From Octopus bimaculoides (taxonomy: Eukaryota): a stretch of DNA of 64,000 nucleotides. The notes below the pieces were generated by a model, which ran no database searches, was not told the DNA's origin, and worked only from the letters and a program-made list of their open reading frames with translations. Positions 1 through 11,554 of the stretch are shown here, one piece after another (position 1 is the stretch's first letter; the number at the start of each line of letters is the position of its first letter). The stretch covers positions 11,444,951 through 11,508,950 of the forward strand of contig NC_068982.1 of NCBI RefSeq assembly GCF_001194135.2, written 5' to 3'. Made by a program: the position numbers and the translations under genes.

Positions 1-277
1 ACCGTTTGTTATCTCCCCCTTTCTTAGCTCTCCTGAAATAAGAATTTCTAACTTCCGGTCAGCCATTGTTATGATCGGCCATTATTATGATTGACCGTTG
101 ACTGAACACTATTCAATTTTTTTCTCCGTGTTTTTCTCCTTGTCTCCGTATTCTTTCTGTTGAAGAGCGTAGCTCGAAACGTCAAAGACTTTCCGTATTC
201 CCGAGCGTCATACTAATATATACTTTTGTTATTTACACCACCTGTCCTCGTCTGTTGTTATTATTTGTATATTCTCC
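1..277 (+). mobile_element. Penelope-like element terminal repeat (pLTR) fragment
   Basis: Pyrimidine-rich, CpG-retaining repeat containing CTG.TGAAG-stem-CGAAACGT, typical of PLE pLTRs; ends in a (TA)n tract. Confidence 0.55.
152..188 (+). ncRNA. Minimal type I hammerhead ribozyme motif (A6 position reads T)
   Basis: Stem I TCTTT(152-156)/AAAGA(184-188); core CTGTTGA(157-163); extra A164; stem II GAGC-GTA-GCTC(165-175); GAAA(176-179); palindromic ACGT stem III; GTC cleavage triplet 181-183. Confidence 0.5.
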
Positions 278-504
278 CATATATATATATATATATGCCT
301 ATATGTGTGTACATGTGCATGTGTCCTTATGGTTAGTGTGTAGGAATCGTAAGGTTATAGGTTTGGTCGCTGGGGAGGCCAATGTATTGTATTTTTCAGC
401 AAGACATTTTATGTCACATTGCTCCAGTCTATTAGCTGAAACTGAATACCAACTCAGTGATTTTCAGAGAAGTGTAAATGTAAACTAATCTCACACACAC
501 ACAC

Positions 505-645
505 ACACATGCAATTACACAAGGCTACTTTCAGTTTCCATCAATCGAATCTGCTGACAAAGTTTTGATTTTTTGATTGGGTCAGGAAAGTAGTAAAAGA
601 CCTTTGCTGAAGCTGCTGCATAATGAAACTGAACCAGAGACTATG
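505..645 (-). mobile_element. Decayed SINE-A 5' half
   Basis: Degenerate match to ttcagtttcc...gaagacacttg...actgaacc of the intact copies. Confidence 0.45.
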
Positions 646-702
646 AAGTCAAAAAGGAAAATTTGTAACCACAAAATTATACCTGCATCTATATCTCTCC
701 CT

Positions 703-708
<6 letters not shown>

Positions 709-768
<60 letters not shown>
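709..768. repeat. (CT)n(AT)n compound microsatellite
   Basis: Direct reading. Confidence 0.95.
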
Positions 769-771
<3 letters not shown>

Positions 772-870
772 AATAATATTAGGGATAAAAATCCAAATTT
801 ACTGGTAAAAACTCAATTTAATTTAATTTATCACAAATTAAAATTAAATTAAGTTTCACAGTATATAATA

Positions 871-1080
871 TCATCATCATCATCATCATCGTTTAACGTC
901 CGCTTTCCATGCTAGCATGGGTTGGACGATTTGACTGAGGACTGGTGAAACCGGATGGCAACACCAGGCTCCAGTCTGATTTGGCAGAGTTTCTACAGCT
1001 GGATGCCCTTCCTAACGCCAACCACTCAGAGAGTGTAGTGGGTGCTTTTACGTGTCACCCGCACGAAAACGGCCACGCTC
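871..1080 (-). mobile_element. Family E non-autonomous retroelement with (CAT)n tail (RTE-like 3' end)
   Basis: ggatgcccttcctaacgccaacc core and tail, shared with more than 10 copies in the window. Confidence 0.8.
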
Positions 1081-1230
1081 GATAAATCTATAATTTAGAA
1101 AATATTATTTTGATATTTATTATTTTAATAATTATTACTTTGTATTTGATTATAGTTCTTTTTAGTGTATTGACACTTATGTATACGTGTGCATGTATAT
1201 GTGTATATGTATGTATGTATGTATGTATAT

Positions 1231-1431
1231 GTGTTTGTGTGTTTGTGTCTGTGTTGTTCCCTTAGCATTGCTTGACAACCAATGTTGATGTGTTTGAATC
1301 AGAGTAACTTAGAAGTTTGGCAAAACAGACTGATAGAATAAGTCGCATGGTTTAAAAAAAGAAATAAGTATTAGGATCTTCAAGGCAGTGCCCCAGCATG
1401 GCAACAGTCTAATGAATGATACAAGTAAAAG
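1231..1431 (+). mobile_element. SINE-A 3' half
   Basis: gcttgacaacc...gtaacttag...ccccagcatggc...acaagtaaaaga. Confidence 0.75.
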
Positions 1432-2457
1432 AACTTTTTTTTTCTTAAATTTATTTGAGTTAACGACCCATTAAAGAAAGTCACCAATTATCAAATAATC
1501 AAAAAGAAGTAAAATAATTGGGGGCGGAGCTTAAGTATCAGTAGAAGAGAGATACGTAAAAGAGTTTGAAAATTATGAAAACAACATATAAAAAAAAAAG
1601 TTTAAATGATGCAGAGATTAACAATTTCACACACAAAAATGAAAAATAGTAAAGAAAAAAATGGAAGATAATTATAATAAAAATTAGGGGTTTTATGAAT
1701 TTGCCAGAGATACTGGAGCAAGTAGATTATGAATAAAATTAAAGAGAAAATGCCAAAATGAAGACAGCTTTACTGAATTTATTAAAAAAGCATGAGAAAG
1801 CTTGACCTGACTGTGAATGGTACTTCCTAAGCAGTCAGACAATAGAACATATTTTTGGTGTCAATAACACAGCTCTTAAGAAACTAGAGCCAGTTTTGTA
1901 GTATCTATTATGTACAAACTGTTAAATACAACATTTAATTGTTTCTCTGAATTCACAATTGAAGCACTGATTTAGTTTTATTTGCCCATTATTACTATCA
2001 TATTTTCAGATCTCTATTTTTTAAATTTATTAAACCGATATAGCTGGCCATAAAAAGAAAGATGAAAACAACCTTGTTATTATAAATGAAGTGTTTGAGT
2101 ACAATAAACAAAATACTTTGTTTATATGACTCTCTTTCTAACCCCCTCCTCAACTCTCTCATATTATATATAGTAGAAATAAATAAATAAATAAATAGAT
2201 GTATGTATGTATAACATCACAAGTGCATTCAAAATCCATGTCACCATCTTGAACAGTATTCATGATTTTTATAAGCTGCAAGTTTAAAAGCAATGACCTT
2301 TCACTCTGAGTACGTAAATAAAACAGTGAAGATCAAAATGAAAAACAAACAACCATAGTTTTCAGTTTGCAAAAATTATACCAGCTAAATTCTTGTAAGT
2401 AATCTAAGAAGAGACTGTCTGTAGTTCCTTGCATGATATGACATTCACCTTTGATAA

Positions 2458-2823
2458 AAGCCTTTTCTACTCTAGGCACAAGGCCTGAAATTTTGGGTGA
2501 GGGGGCCAGTTGATTAGATCGACCCCAGTATGCTGTCAGTCACTTCTCATGAACTGCTAAGTTAAAGCGATGTAAACATACCAACACCAGTTGTCAAGCA
2601 GTGGTGGAGGACAAACACAGACACACACTCACATATATATTTATGTATATATATATATATGATTGGTTTCTTTCAGTTTCCATCAACCAAATGTACTCAC
2701 AAGGCTTTGGACAGCCTGAGGCTATAGTAGAAGACACTTGCTCAAGGTGTCATGGAGTGGGACTGAACCTGGAACCATGTGGTTGGGAAGCAAGTTTCTT
2801 ACCACACAATCACACCTGTGCCT
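2458..2823 (-). mobile_element. Chimeric SINE: SINE-A head and body joined to a SINE-B tail
   Basis: A-type head at about 2823-2680; B tail (ctaggcacaaggcctgaaatttt) at 2458-2530; join at shared gaccccagt. Confidence 0.7.
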
Positions 2824-3620
2824 ACATGTCTAAATGTTTAACTTTTCCACAATGTACATGAAATGAAAGATCATCTATCATTTATTACCGTGGTTTGGGG
2901 AATAGATTCTGATGCTCCGAACTTCAAAATAAAAATCCAAATGCTATGATTTTTTTTTTAAACAAAATGCTCAACATTTTATGGTAGAGGTGGGGTTTCA
3001 AAACCTACTCTTAAACAAATGTGCAGCAATTTTTCCTCTTTGGAAGTTTTTTTTTTTTTTAATTATCATTGTGGTTTGCAATTAAGGTGTGATGTTTTTG
3101 TTCTTCATTTTTTTGTGATGCTAAATTAAATTCAATAGTCCATTTAGTCCAGCATTTAATGATTCAGTGGCAATTCTCTATGGAGAATCATTTAGAATTT
3201 GTTGTTATTGCAGCTCTGTTATGTTCTTGTTTAAAATGGAATATAAATTTGGGAAATGTTGCTGTTTACTATACAATGTCCACTTTGGCAAATATATTAT
3301 TCACTTGACCTAGGGACCTTCCACCAGTAATTATTAACTGCCACTTTTGCTGTATTTTTCAGTAAACTTTTAACTTTCAGTTTCAACAATTTTTTATTTA
3401 TTTAATAAAAATCACTTTTAATTTTGTTTTTATGTGAAGATGTGAAATCCAATAACTTTTTTAACCATTCAATTACTTGCTCATGCTAATTGTACAGCAT
3501 AAAAAGCAAAACTATGATATAACCTGATTGATATTGTTCATTATTAATATGAAATCAGCAGGTATGATGAAAAAGCTCCTCACTTTACATTTAGCCGACT
3601 ACAATACAATTTGAAGCAAT

Positions 3621-4175
3621 GCACTGGTGCCACATAAAAGGCACCTGTGCAGGTGTCACATAAAAAGTACCTGTGCAGGTGTCACATAAAATGCTCTTGT
3701 GATGTTGCCACATAGAATGCACCCAGTTCACTCTGTGTACTGGGTGCATTCTATATGGCAACACCTGTGTACTGGGTGCATTCTATGTGGCAACATCTGT
3801 GTACTGGGTGCATTCTATGTAGCAATACCTGTGTACTGGGTGCATTCTATGTGACATCACCTGTGTACTGGGTGCATTCTATGTGACATCACCTGTGTAC
3901 TGGGTGCTTTCTATGTAGCAATACCTGTGTACTGGGTGCATTTTATGCGGCATCACCTGTGTACTGGGTGCATTCTATGTGACATCACCTGTGTACTGGG
4001 TGCATTCTATCAGTCTTTTTTTCCAATAAAGTGGTTGGCATTAGGAAGGGCATCCAGCTGTTGGAGCCTTGCTACAACAAAAAAATTAGAGCCTGGTGCA
4101 TCTCTCCAGCTTGCCAACTCCTTGTTAAACCGTCAAACCCATGCCAGCATGGAAAATGACGACGATGATGATGAT
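3621..4175 (+). mobile_element. Family E element containing an internal minisatellite
   Basis: ggtgccacataaaa repeats; gtggttggcattaggaagggcatccagctg core; (GAT)n tail. Confidence 0.8.
3733..4010. repeat. 32-bp minisatellite, about 8.7 units
   Basis: ctgtgtactgggtgc starts at 3733, 3765, 3797, 3829, 3861, 3893, 3925, 3957 and 3989. Confidence 0.95.
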
Positions 4176-4260
4176 TTCGTTTTGTTGTTTAGAAAGGGAC
4201 AGTACTGAAGTAGGCAAAGATCAGCATAACGAAATGCAAGTAAAATCATGTTCAGTAAGA

Positions 4261-4720
4261 GTCACAGGCGTGGCTTTGTGGTAAGAAGTTTGCTTCTCAA
4301 CCACACGGTTCTGAGTTCAGTCCTACTGTGTGGCACCTCGAGCAAGTGTCTTCTACTATAACTTTGGGCCCACCAAAGCCTTGATTTTGTAGACAGAAAC
4401 TGAAAGAAGCCTATTGCGTATATACATGTGTGGGTGAGTGTGTGTGTGTGTGTGTGCACATGTGTATGTGTGTGCGTGTATGCATGTGTGTGTGTGTGTA
4501 TTTTTGTGGTCTGTGTTTGTTCCCCCCAGTACCACTTGACAACCGATGTTAGTGTGTTTACATTCCTGTAACTTAGCAGTTCAGCACAAAAAAAAAAAAT
4601 GATAGAAACTAGTGAGCTCAAAAAAAAAAAATTGAGTTCTGTAATCGATTTGTTTGACTAAAATTCTTCAAGATGGTGCCCCAGTATGGCCATAGTCTAA
4701 TGACCATACCAAGTCAAAGA
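4261..4720 (+). mobile_element. SINE-A, full length
   Basis: A box tggctttgtgg, B box gagttcagtcct, CORE-like gcaagtgtc, internal (TG)n, 3' domain. Confidence 0.85.
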
Positions 4721-4989
4721 TAGTACTTCTTGACTAAATTCAGCAATGAAATGAAATTATAAGAATGTTTCTCTTTGGAATTTAACGTCTATTTCGAAAT
4801 TGTTTATGCATAGAAGAAACGACTGACCTTGTTATACAACAAGTGCCTGAGAGAATTCTGAACAACAACATTAACATTGATGAGTTGACTGAAAGGAAAT
4901 TATGTCATACGTGATATTTGTGTTAATACAATGAACATTCAAAGTACAATCTACTTTCTTGCATCATTACGATTAATTCATAATTCAGT

Positions 4990-5320
4990 GGTGTGCTGTA
5001 ATGAACCAATGCATTTGGCGGACCACCATGTACATTTAGATGGGAAAGTTTGGCTGTGTTTTGTATGCAGGCATTTCCGAAGTATTAGACAATATTTTTT
5101 CTTCTCTGAGTTTCGTTCATATCCCATTGCCTTGTAGAGCTTATGTATTCATAGGCAGCAGTTGACTGCAAACAGTATATTGTCATGGAGCAGGTTGGTG
5201 TTACCAGAGAAGCGATTAGCTAAGTAGTATATAACTATTTTAGAGATGTGTGTGCTACATGATATATCAACCATCCTACTCAAATTTGCAGAGACTGTAT
5301 AATCATAGACATTGACAAAG
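4990..5320 (+). pseudogene. Possible heavily decayed RTE-type RT C-terminal relic
   Basis: Peptide islands across frames: AFG, RH.R..Q, PEKRLAK, LKF.ETV; weak similarity only. Confidence 0.25.
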
Positions 5321-5505
5321 TGAAGTTCATGCATTGTAATATTATCATAGTCTTTATCCTACTTTATTGTTCCAAACTAATTGCAAAACAAGTAATATGA
5401 AAAATTTATAATAAAAACGATATAGCTAGAACATAGTCGTTTTTTAAAATAAAACTCACATAACAGTCAAAAGCTATTCCCCATATATACAAATATATAT
5501 ACATA

Positions 5506-5670
5506 GAGGGGCAGCATGGCTGTGTGGTAAGAAGTTTAGTTCCCAAACACATGGTTCCAGGTTCAGTCCCACTATGTGTATGGCACCTTGGGCAAGTGTC
5601 TTCTACTATAGTCTCAGTGTGACTAAAGCCTTGTGAGTAGCTTTGGTTGACAGAAACTGAAAGAAGCCTG
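5506..5670 (+). mobile_element. SINE-A 5' half
   Basis: tggctgtgtgg A box, ggttcagtccc B box, ccttgggcaagtgtc. Confidence 0.85.
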
Positions 5671-6557
5671 TGTTACTTGTTCTGTTTTCAATTTATTTTC
5701 TCTCATTGTTTGCGTATTTAACTTGGTTGTTTTTGTATTTCAAGTTGTTTACACTTGGTGATGTCCTGTACCCATATCTGCATATATATATACTTTATTA
5801 AAAAGCAGCAATAATCAATAATATCACATTTTAATAAAGCATATTACTCTACTTCTGGTATTCGAGTACTATTTTTTCCACCTTGTTTCACATTTATGTG
5901 CTTACTCTGGTATATATATATATATATATTATTTAATTGAATGCCAAGCATCCATTTCCAAGTAAGTTTATCTTCACCTTTTTGATGTGACTCTACTCTA
6001 TACTGTTTTCTCCCCCATCCTTCTCTAATTCCCTTTTTCTCCCCTTCACCATTTTCTCTCTCTCTCCCTCCCTTGCCATCTTTCTCTCTTTCTCTCCGTT
6101 GCTCACACATGACAATTGTCCATCTTTCTTTTCCTCATGTGACTATCTTTCTTCTCCTTCACGGATATTCTAAGGACTGGACGTCTTCTGTCTCTCTCTT
6201 CTATCTTTTCTCTCTTCAAAGAAAATATTTCTTCCAGCGTTCACTATCTTTCCCCTCCTTGTTTGTTTTCATTCGGTTTCCTTGTATGTCTCAACTGTCC
6301 TGTTTTTGTTCCCAACTTTGACACTTCATAAAATCCAAATTTTGTTTTGATACTTATGGGAGCAACTGTCTTCAAAGGCTCATACTGTCGTTCAATGCTC
6401 GAAATGGGAAGTAAATAGATAGCCAACAATTAGTGAAGGGTCGTTCTTTGTGTTACTTGTCCTGTTTTCAATTTTTTCTCTTGTTGTTTGCATATTGAAC
6501 TTGCCTGTTTTCATATTTCCTGTTGTTTACAGTTGGTGATGTCCTGTACCCATATAT

Positions 6558-6602
<45 letters not shown>

Positions 6603-6860
6603 TATTATTTATATTATTATTATATNNNNNNNNNNNNNNNNNNNNNNNNNNNNNNNNNTAATACAAATAATATATGAGTATATGCATATATACGTACATG
6701 TACATACCTACATCTACATGTATATATAGATGCATATTTGGGTACAGGACGTCACCAAAAAACGTGGACAAAATGAAAAACAGAACATAAACAGAGTACA
6801 GAAAACACAGGCCACATAAAGAACATTTCCTTCATTAGCTGCCACCATTCTAAAACTAAG
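5671..6860. mobile_element. Penelope-like repeat cluster with direct and inverted terminal-repeat copies
   Basis: About 120-bp direct repeat (5671-5790, 6451-6560) ending ggtgatgtcctgtacccat; related inverted copy at about 6725-6860. Confidence 0.45.
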
Positions 6861-6875
6861 CGTTATTTTCCTTTC

Positions 6876-7020
6876 CCTCTGTAAGGTAGTTGGTGTTAGA
6901 AAGGGTATCCAGCTATAAAAACCCTGCCAAAAACAGTGAAGTCTGCTAGCTCCTATCGAACTGTCCAACCCATGCCAGCATGGAAAATGGACGTTAAATA
7001 ATGATGATGATGATAATAAT
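6876..7020 (+). mobile_element. Family E 3' fragment
   Basis: ggtgttagaaagggtatccagc...ccaacccatgccagcatgg...(GAT)n. Confidence 0.8.
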
Positions 7021-8904
7021 TGTCTTTAAATGCTCATAAAACGAAAGATCACCAAAAGGTTGAGTGAGAGGTTAAAGTTACTTTCTTTATACCAGTGTGT
7101 TTTTTCCTTTTATAAATATTGGATTTACTCCTTTTTGTTTAAATCATATTTTAGGCTGCAAACTTTATAATAATCAATAGAATTTTTTTCTTAATATATG
7201 CCACACATTCTTCAGAATCTCGAATAAAAATAAAACATTTTTGAAAGCCACATTTGTAAGAATTTCAAGAGAAACCATTCTGACACTCAACTGCTTTCTT
7301 TTGGAAAAAGATTTACAATTTTTTTTTAAAAATTGAAAATTTTTCTTATTCAAAAGAAAAAATTTAGAATTCCATTTTATTTACGCATTGATTAGATAGC
7401 TTATCATAATAAGTTAATTCATAAAAATTAAAAAGGTGATCCTTCAGAGATGCTATCACTAAGATGAAAATAAAAATCAGCAATTTGGGGAAATCTTTTT
7501 CTCATGTTTTACAATTTGCTCATGTTTATGCATTTTTTTATGTATGTGCTTATGTTTGTGCATGTATGTATGTTTGTGCATGTATGTATGCTTGCGTATG
7601 TAAGTATGGGCATGTATGTGTTTATGTACATATTTGTATAGAATTAAAGAAATAAAATATCTTTACGGAAATTGCCGATTTTCATTTTCATCTTGGTGAT
7701 ACCATCTCCGAAGGCTCGCCATAAAGAAAAATTTAATCTTTGTTGTTCAGCTCTGGAACAGATATATATATATTCTTGAAGGCATTCAATTACACTGTCA
7801 TATACAACATTTTACCATGTATCTTTCTTTTAAATATCGTAGGCTGTGATTGTAGAGTTTTGGCTGCTTTTTCTAGCAGGTCGAGTGACTGCGTAGATGT
7901 CTACTTGCTTAATAATAGTAAATGGTTAATGGCTGTTTTAGATTGCATCATTATATAAGAAATACAGCAGTCTCAATATGAAGCAATTAGTTATAACAAT
8001 ATAAGTCATTAGCAAAAGAGTCGATGACTAATATTAATACTCTAGCGGAAAAACCTCTTTTTTTTTTTAATTTGATGAAAAAAATATTACTGTAAATTTA
8101 TTTATTTTGTAGTTTGACCTAAACTTTATTGGTTTATATAATCACCGAATCTTGACTGAATAAAAGCGTTTATTTTTATTCTTTCATTAAAAAAATATGA
8201 TTTATTAAAAATTGTTTCTCTTTCACTCTTATAATTATTAACGAGACCCCGCAAATAGTCATACATCCTGATAACTATGATGAAGTAGGCATAACTACAC
8301 TTTCGTGCCCCACTCACCCCCTTTTTTTTTTTTTTCGTAGAGGTACGTTTTCAAACATGTAGATGATGATTATGTTGATAGAATTTGAGAAAAATAATGT
8401 CATTAAGTTTTATTTCTTGTTTAGAAAAACTCCAAACCTTTTAAACTATACAGTAACTTGCTTATAACCATTACACAACATAAAAAAAAATGTATGGCTT
8501 TATCTTGATTGATATTACCCTTTATGAACATTACATTGGAAGACACGATCAAAAGATCCCCCCCTAGATGATGTCTAACCTACGATAATACCAAACCGAA
8601 GGTATTCAATGAAAAATATCTTCGATTATTTTCTTTATTGTCTTTCAATTTCATGTTGATAATGAATCAGTCTAATGTCATAGATTGTTTTAAGCAATGA
8701 CCATTAGCAAGTTATTGAATGGCTAAATAGGTGCGGATTTCTTTCCTTTCTGAGTAAAAAAAAAATATCAACATAATAGTCCTCTACACCATCGAAAACA
8801 GTGTTTAATTACGATTATGTCGATGTAAAATTTCATTAAAAAATATGAAGCGGACATTTTTCAGAGTCGTAATCTCCCCACTTCTGTAAATTTATGACTT
8901 TGTT

Positions 8905-9300
8905 TTAGGTGCCATGTCCAGAATGTAGGACGAAGGCAACCATGTCCTGTCACAATTCTCTGTTCTTTGTTTTCTTTAGCAGTTTCACTTCCTGGTGTTT
9001 AATACCTCTTTCTCCCAACCTTTCGTTGAGCTTGACACCTACATATCCTCCCTTCAATCTTTCCATCACTGTTAAATTACCCAGGCCCTCTTTCCCCATT
9101 AAGTAACCATGAAATCGCAGTTGTTTGGCCCTTATCTCACAAAGCAGTTTCTTATTTATCGCAATGCATGCCTTAGACATTTTGTCCGTCCATGCTATTC
9201 TCAGTATTCTCCTGAAGAACCGTATTTCACAGCTCTCCAAGCGTCTTCTCGTTTCTCATGTTGTAGACCATGCCTCACGTCCAGGGTACCTTAGACTATA
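8905..9300 (-). pseudogene. RTE-clade LINE RT C-terminal relic
   Basis: GREAWSTT*ETRRRLESCEIRFFRRILRIAWTDK...IRAKQLRFHG...MVAFVLHSGHGT* (stop at 8905-8907), with stops and frameshifts. Confidence 0.8.
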
Positions 9301-9977
9301 TCAACTAATGTGACCATCATTTTATGAAACGTTGAGGCGTGTGATTTGAGGGCGCTTTGGCTTTAGCATCTCGCAGATCTAACCCACCTTATCGAAGTCT
9401 TCCTCTATCGTAAGAGTCAAATGTCGTTTGCTGGATATAAAAATAATAAATTCTCAATCGTAATTTCCATGTTTTAAAAAGGAAGGAATGAAAAAAGTTA
9501 AGAATTCAAAACCTAATGGTAATTAAAATTTTTAAAAGCTGTTTCCCTCCACAATTTTTTCTTTTATTGGCAAAACCATTAACTTCATTGTCGAAAATGA
9601 AGGAATCCAAACAAAAAAAATTTGGAAATGATTTGATGGATGGGTCTCAAACACATCCACCAAATCGAATCAAGGAAGTATGGGGAACCAAAATCAGTGG
9701 AGCACCAAACTGTAGTTTATACCTTGCAAGAAAAAAAAAAATAGTTAAACATATCGATGAACCAAATAGTTGACATTTCGCAATTTGATTGATCAGACGA
9801 TAATTCAATTAATTCTGTTTATAAAGGAACAATTTAGATTTACCAATTTAGACGTTTCCAATAAACTGGTCTCTTGCAATTTCATTGAGCTGACGATTAT
9901 TTAACGAGTATTCTTTAAATTCTTTTATTTAAGAATTACAAATGCACACACAAAGAGAAAACAACAAATATCTGTTA

Positions 9978-10299
9978 TATTTTACTTGTTTCAGTCATCA
10001 AACGGCGGCCATGTTGTAGCACTGCCTTGAAGGATTTTAGTTGAACGAATCGGTTTTCTTTTGGTTTCTTTTGCCGAACCGCTAGATTTACAGGAACGTA
10101 AAGACACTAACATCGGTTGTCAAGCAGTTATGGGGGTACAAATACACACAATGAGCTGCTTTCAGTTTCTGTTTGCCAAAACCACTGACAAACTTTAGTC
10201 GGCCCGCGGCTATAGGAAAAGCCACTTACCCACGCAGTGAGACTGAACCCGGGACCATGCGATTGAAAAGCAAACTTCTTGCCACACAGCCACGCCTGC
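9978..10299 (-). mobile_element. SINE-A
   Basis: Head and 3' domain both recognisable. Confidence 0.8.
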
Positions 10300-10907
10300 A
10301 GTAGCTCTCCAATTAAATGAAATTTACAAATCATGTCCGATCAACATATTTTGTCATTTCAAAGAAAGTGAGGTCATAATTCCGACCTAAAAGTATCTTA
10401 ATGAAATTAGTCATGAAGCAATTTACAATCAAATGATTATTCTTGTTTTATTGACAAAGTGATGCAGAAGAAAATTTCAAGGTAAGGAAGTTATTCGTAT
10501 AATTTTGTTCATCAATTCTTTTATATATTTCAATGAATCAAGCACGACTTCATGGATATTTTACCCAATTTTTACCCATCATTGTTGCAGTTGAATATTA
10601 ATCTTTTGCTTGTCCAAACCATTTTTATAAGTTTGTCCTAAACGACCTTGCTTTGCTTTCATTACTTTTTAATTAGTGCTGGTTTCATTTGTTCTGAGTA
10701 ATAATATAAAGTTTTCTTTTTCTTACTCCCAAGTAATTCCGGTGGTTGAAAAAACAATTAGCAATGGTTATAATATATGATGCATGAACGTGAGGGAAAT
10801 ATGTCCTGAATATCACACAATGGGTTACTATCATATTCTCAAGATAACCTGCAAAAATTCAATCCAACTGTAATCACCACCAAATTATGTTTTTTTAGCA
10901 TTTAACC

Positions 10908-11232
10908 CAGTGGTTCCCGACCTGTAGTCTGCAAAATTAGTCCTGGGGGTCCGTGAACTAAATTCAAAATAGTATACATATATATATATTAAGGGGAAAT
11001 CAAGAAGAAAATGGAGAATAGATGGATGTAATTACTTATTCATTTGCGTCAACATGCAAATAAATCAGAAATTACATCCAGTTATTCTCCATTTTCTTCT
11101 TGTTTCCCCCTCAATATTAAGAATTTCAATAATCCTAAACATGTACCTTTACCATTAAATCATACAGATTGATCCAGTGGAATATCTTGGATTATATAAC
11201 CCCTAATGAAGACTTAACTTCCTCGAATTAAC

Positions 11233-11235
<3 letters not shown>
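10908..11235. mobile_element. hAT-type MITE, one end (other end probably lost in the gap)
   Basis: Terminus cagtggttcccgacc plus gggggtccgtga subterminal motif, like the hAT MITE at 24542-25177. Confidence 0.5.
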
Positions 11236-11269
<34 letters not shown>

Positions 11270-11553
11270 NNNNNNNNNNNNNNNNNNNNNNNNNNNNNNN
11301 NNNNNNNNNNNNNNNNNNNNNNNNNNNNNNNNNNNNNNNNNNNNNNNNNNNNNNNNNNNNNNNNNNNNNNNNNNNNNNNNNNNNNNNNNNNNNNNNNNNN
11401 NNNNNNNNNNNNNNNNNNNNNNNNNNNNNNNNNNNNNNNNNNNNNNNNNNNNNNNNNNNNNNNNNNNNNNNNNNNNNNNNNNNNNNNNNNNNNNNNNNNN
11501 NNNNNNNNNNNNNNNNNNNNNNNNNNNNNNNNNNNNNNNNNNNNNNNNNNNNN
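11270..11553. other. Assembly gap
   Basis: N run. Confidence 1.
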
Positions 11554-11554
11554 A

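Noticed and set aside
255-852. ORFs rich in YI, HT, CV or SL runs here and throughout
   Set aside because: These are translations of (TA)n, (CA)n and (CT)n microsatellites and SINE bodies.
1690-1905. Protein-like frame MNLPEILEQ...PDCEWYF
   Set aside because: Several in-frame stops and no recognisable family or splice signals.
3733-4010. CRISPR-like look (constant 22 bp plus variable 10 bp)
   Set aside because: The variable parts are related to each other and too short, the context is eukaryotic, and there are no cas genes; it is a minisatellite.
8312-8348. 2-nt microexon or recursive splice site (polyT-cgtag-AG-gtacgt) on the plus strand
   Set aside because: Equally explained by the minus-strand donor and a poly(A) run; no independent support.
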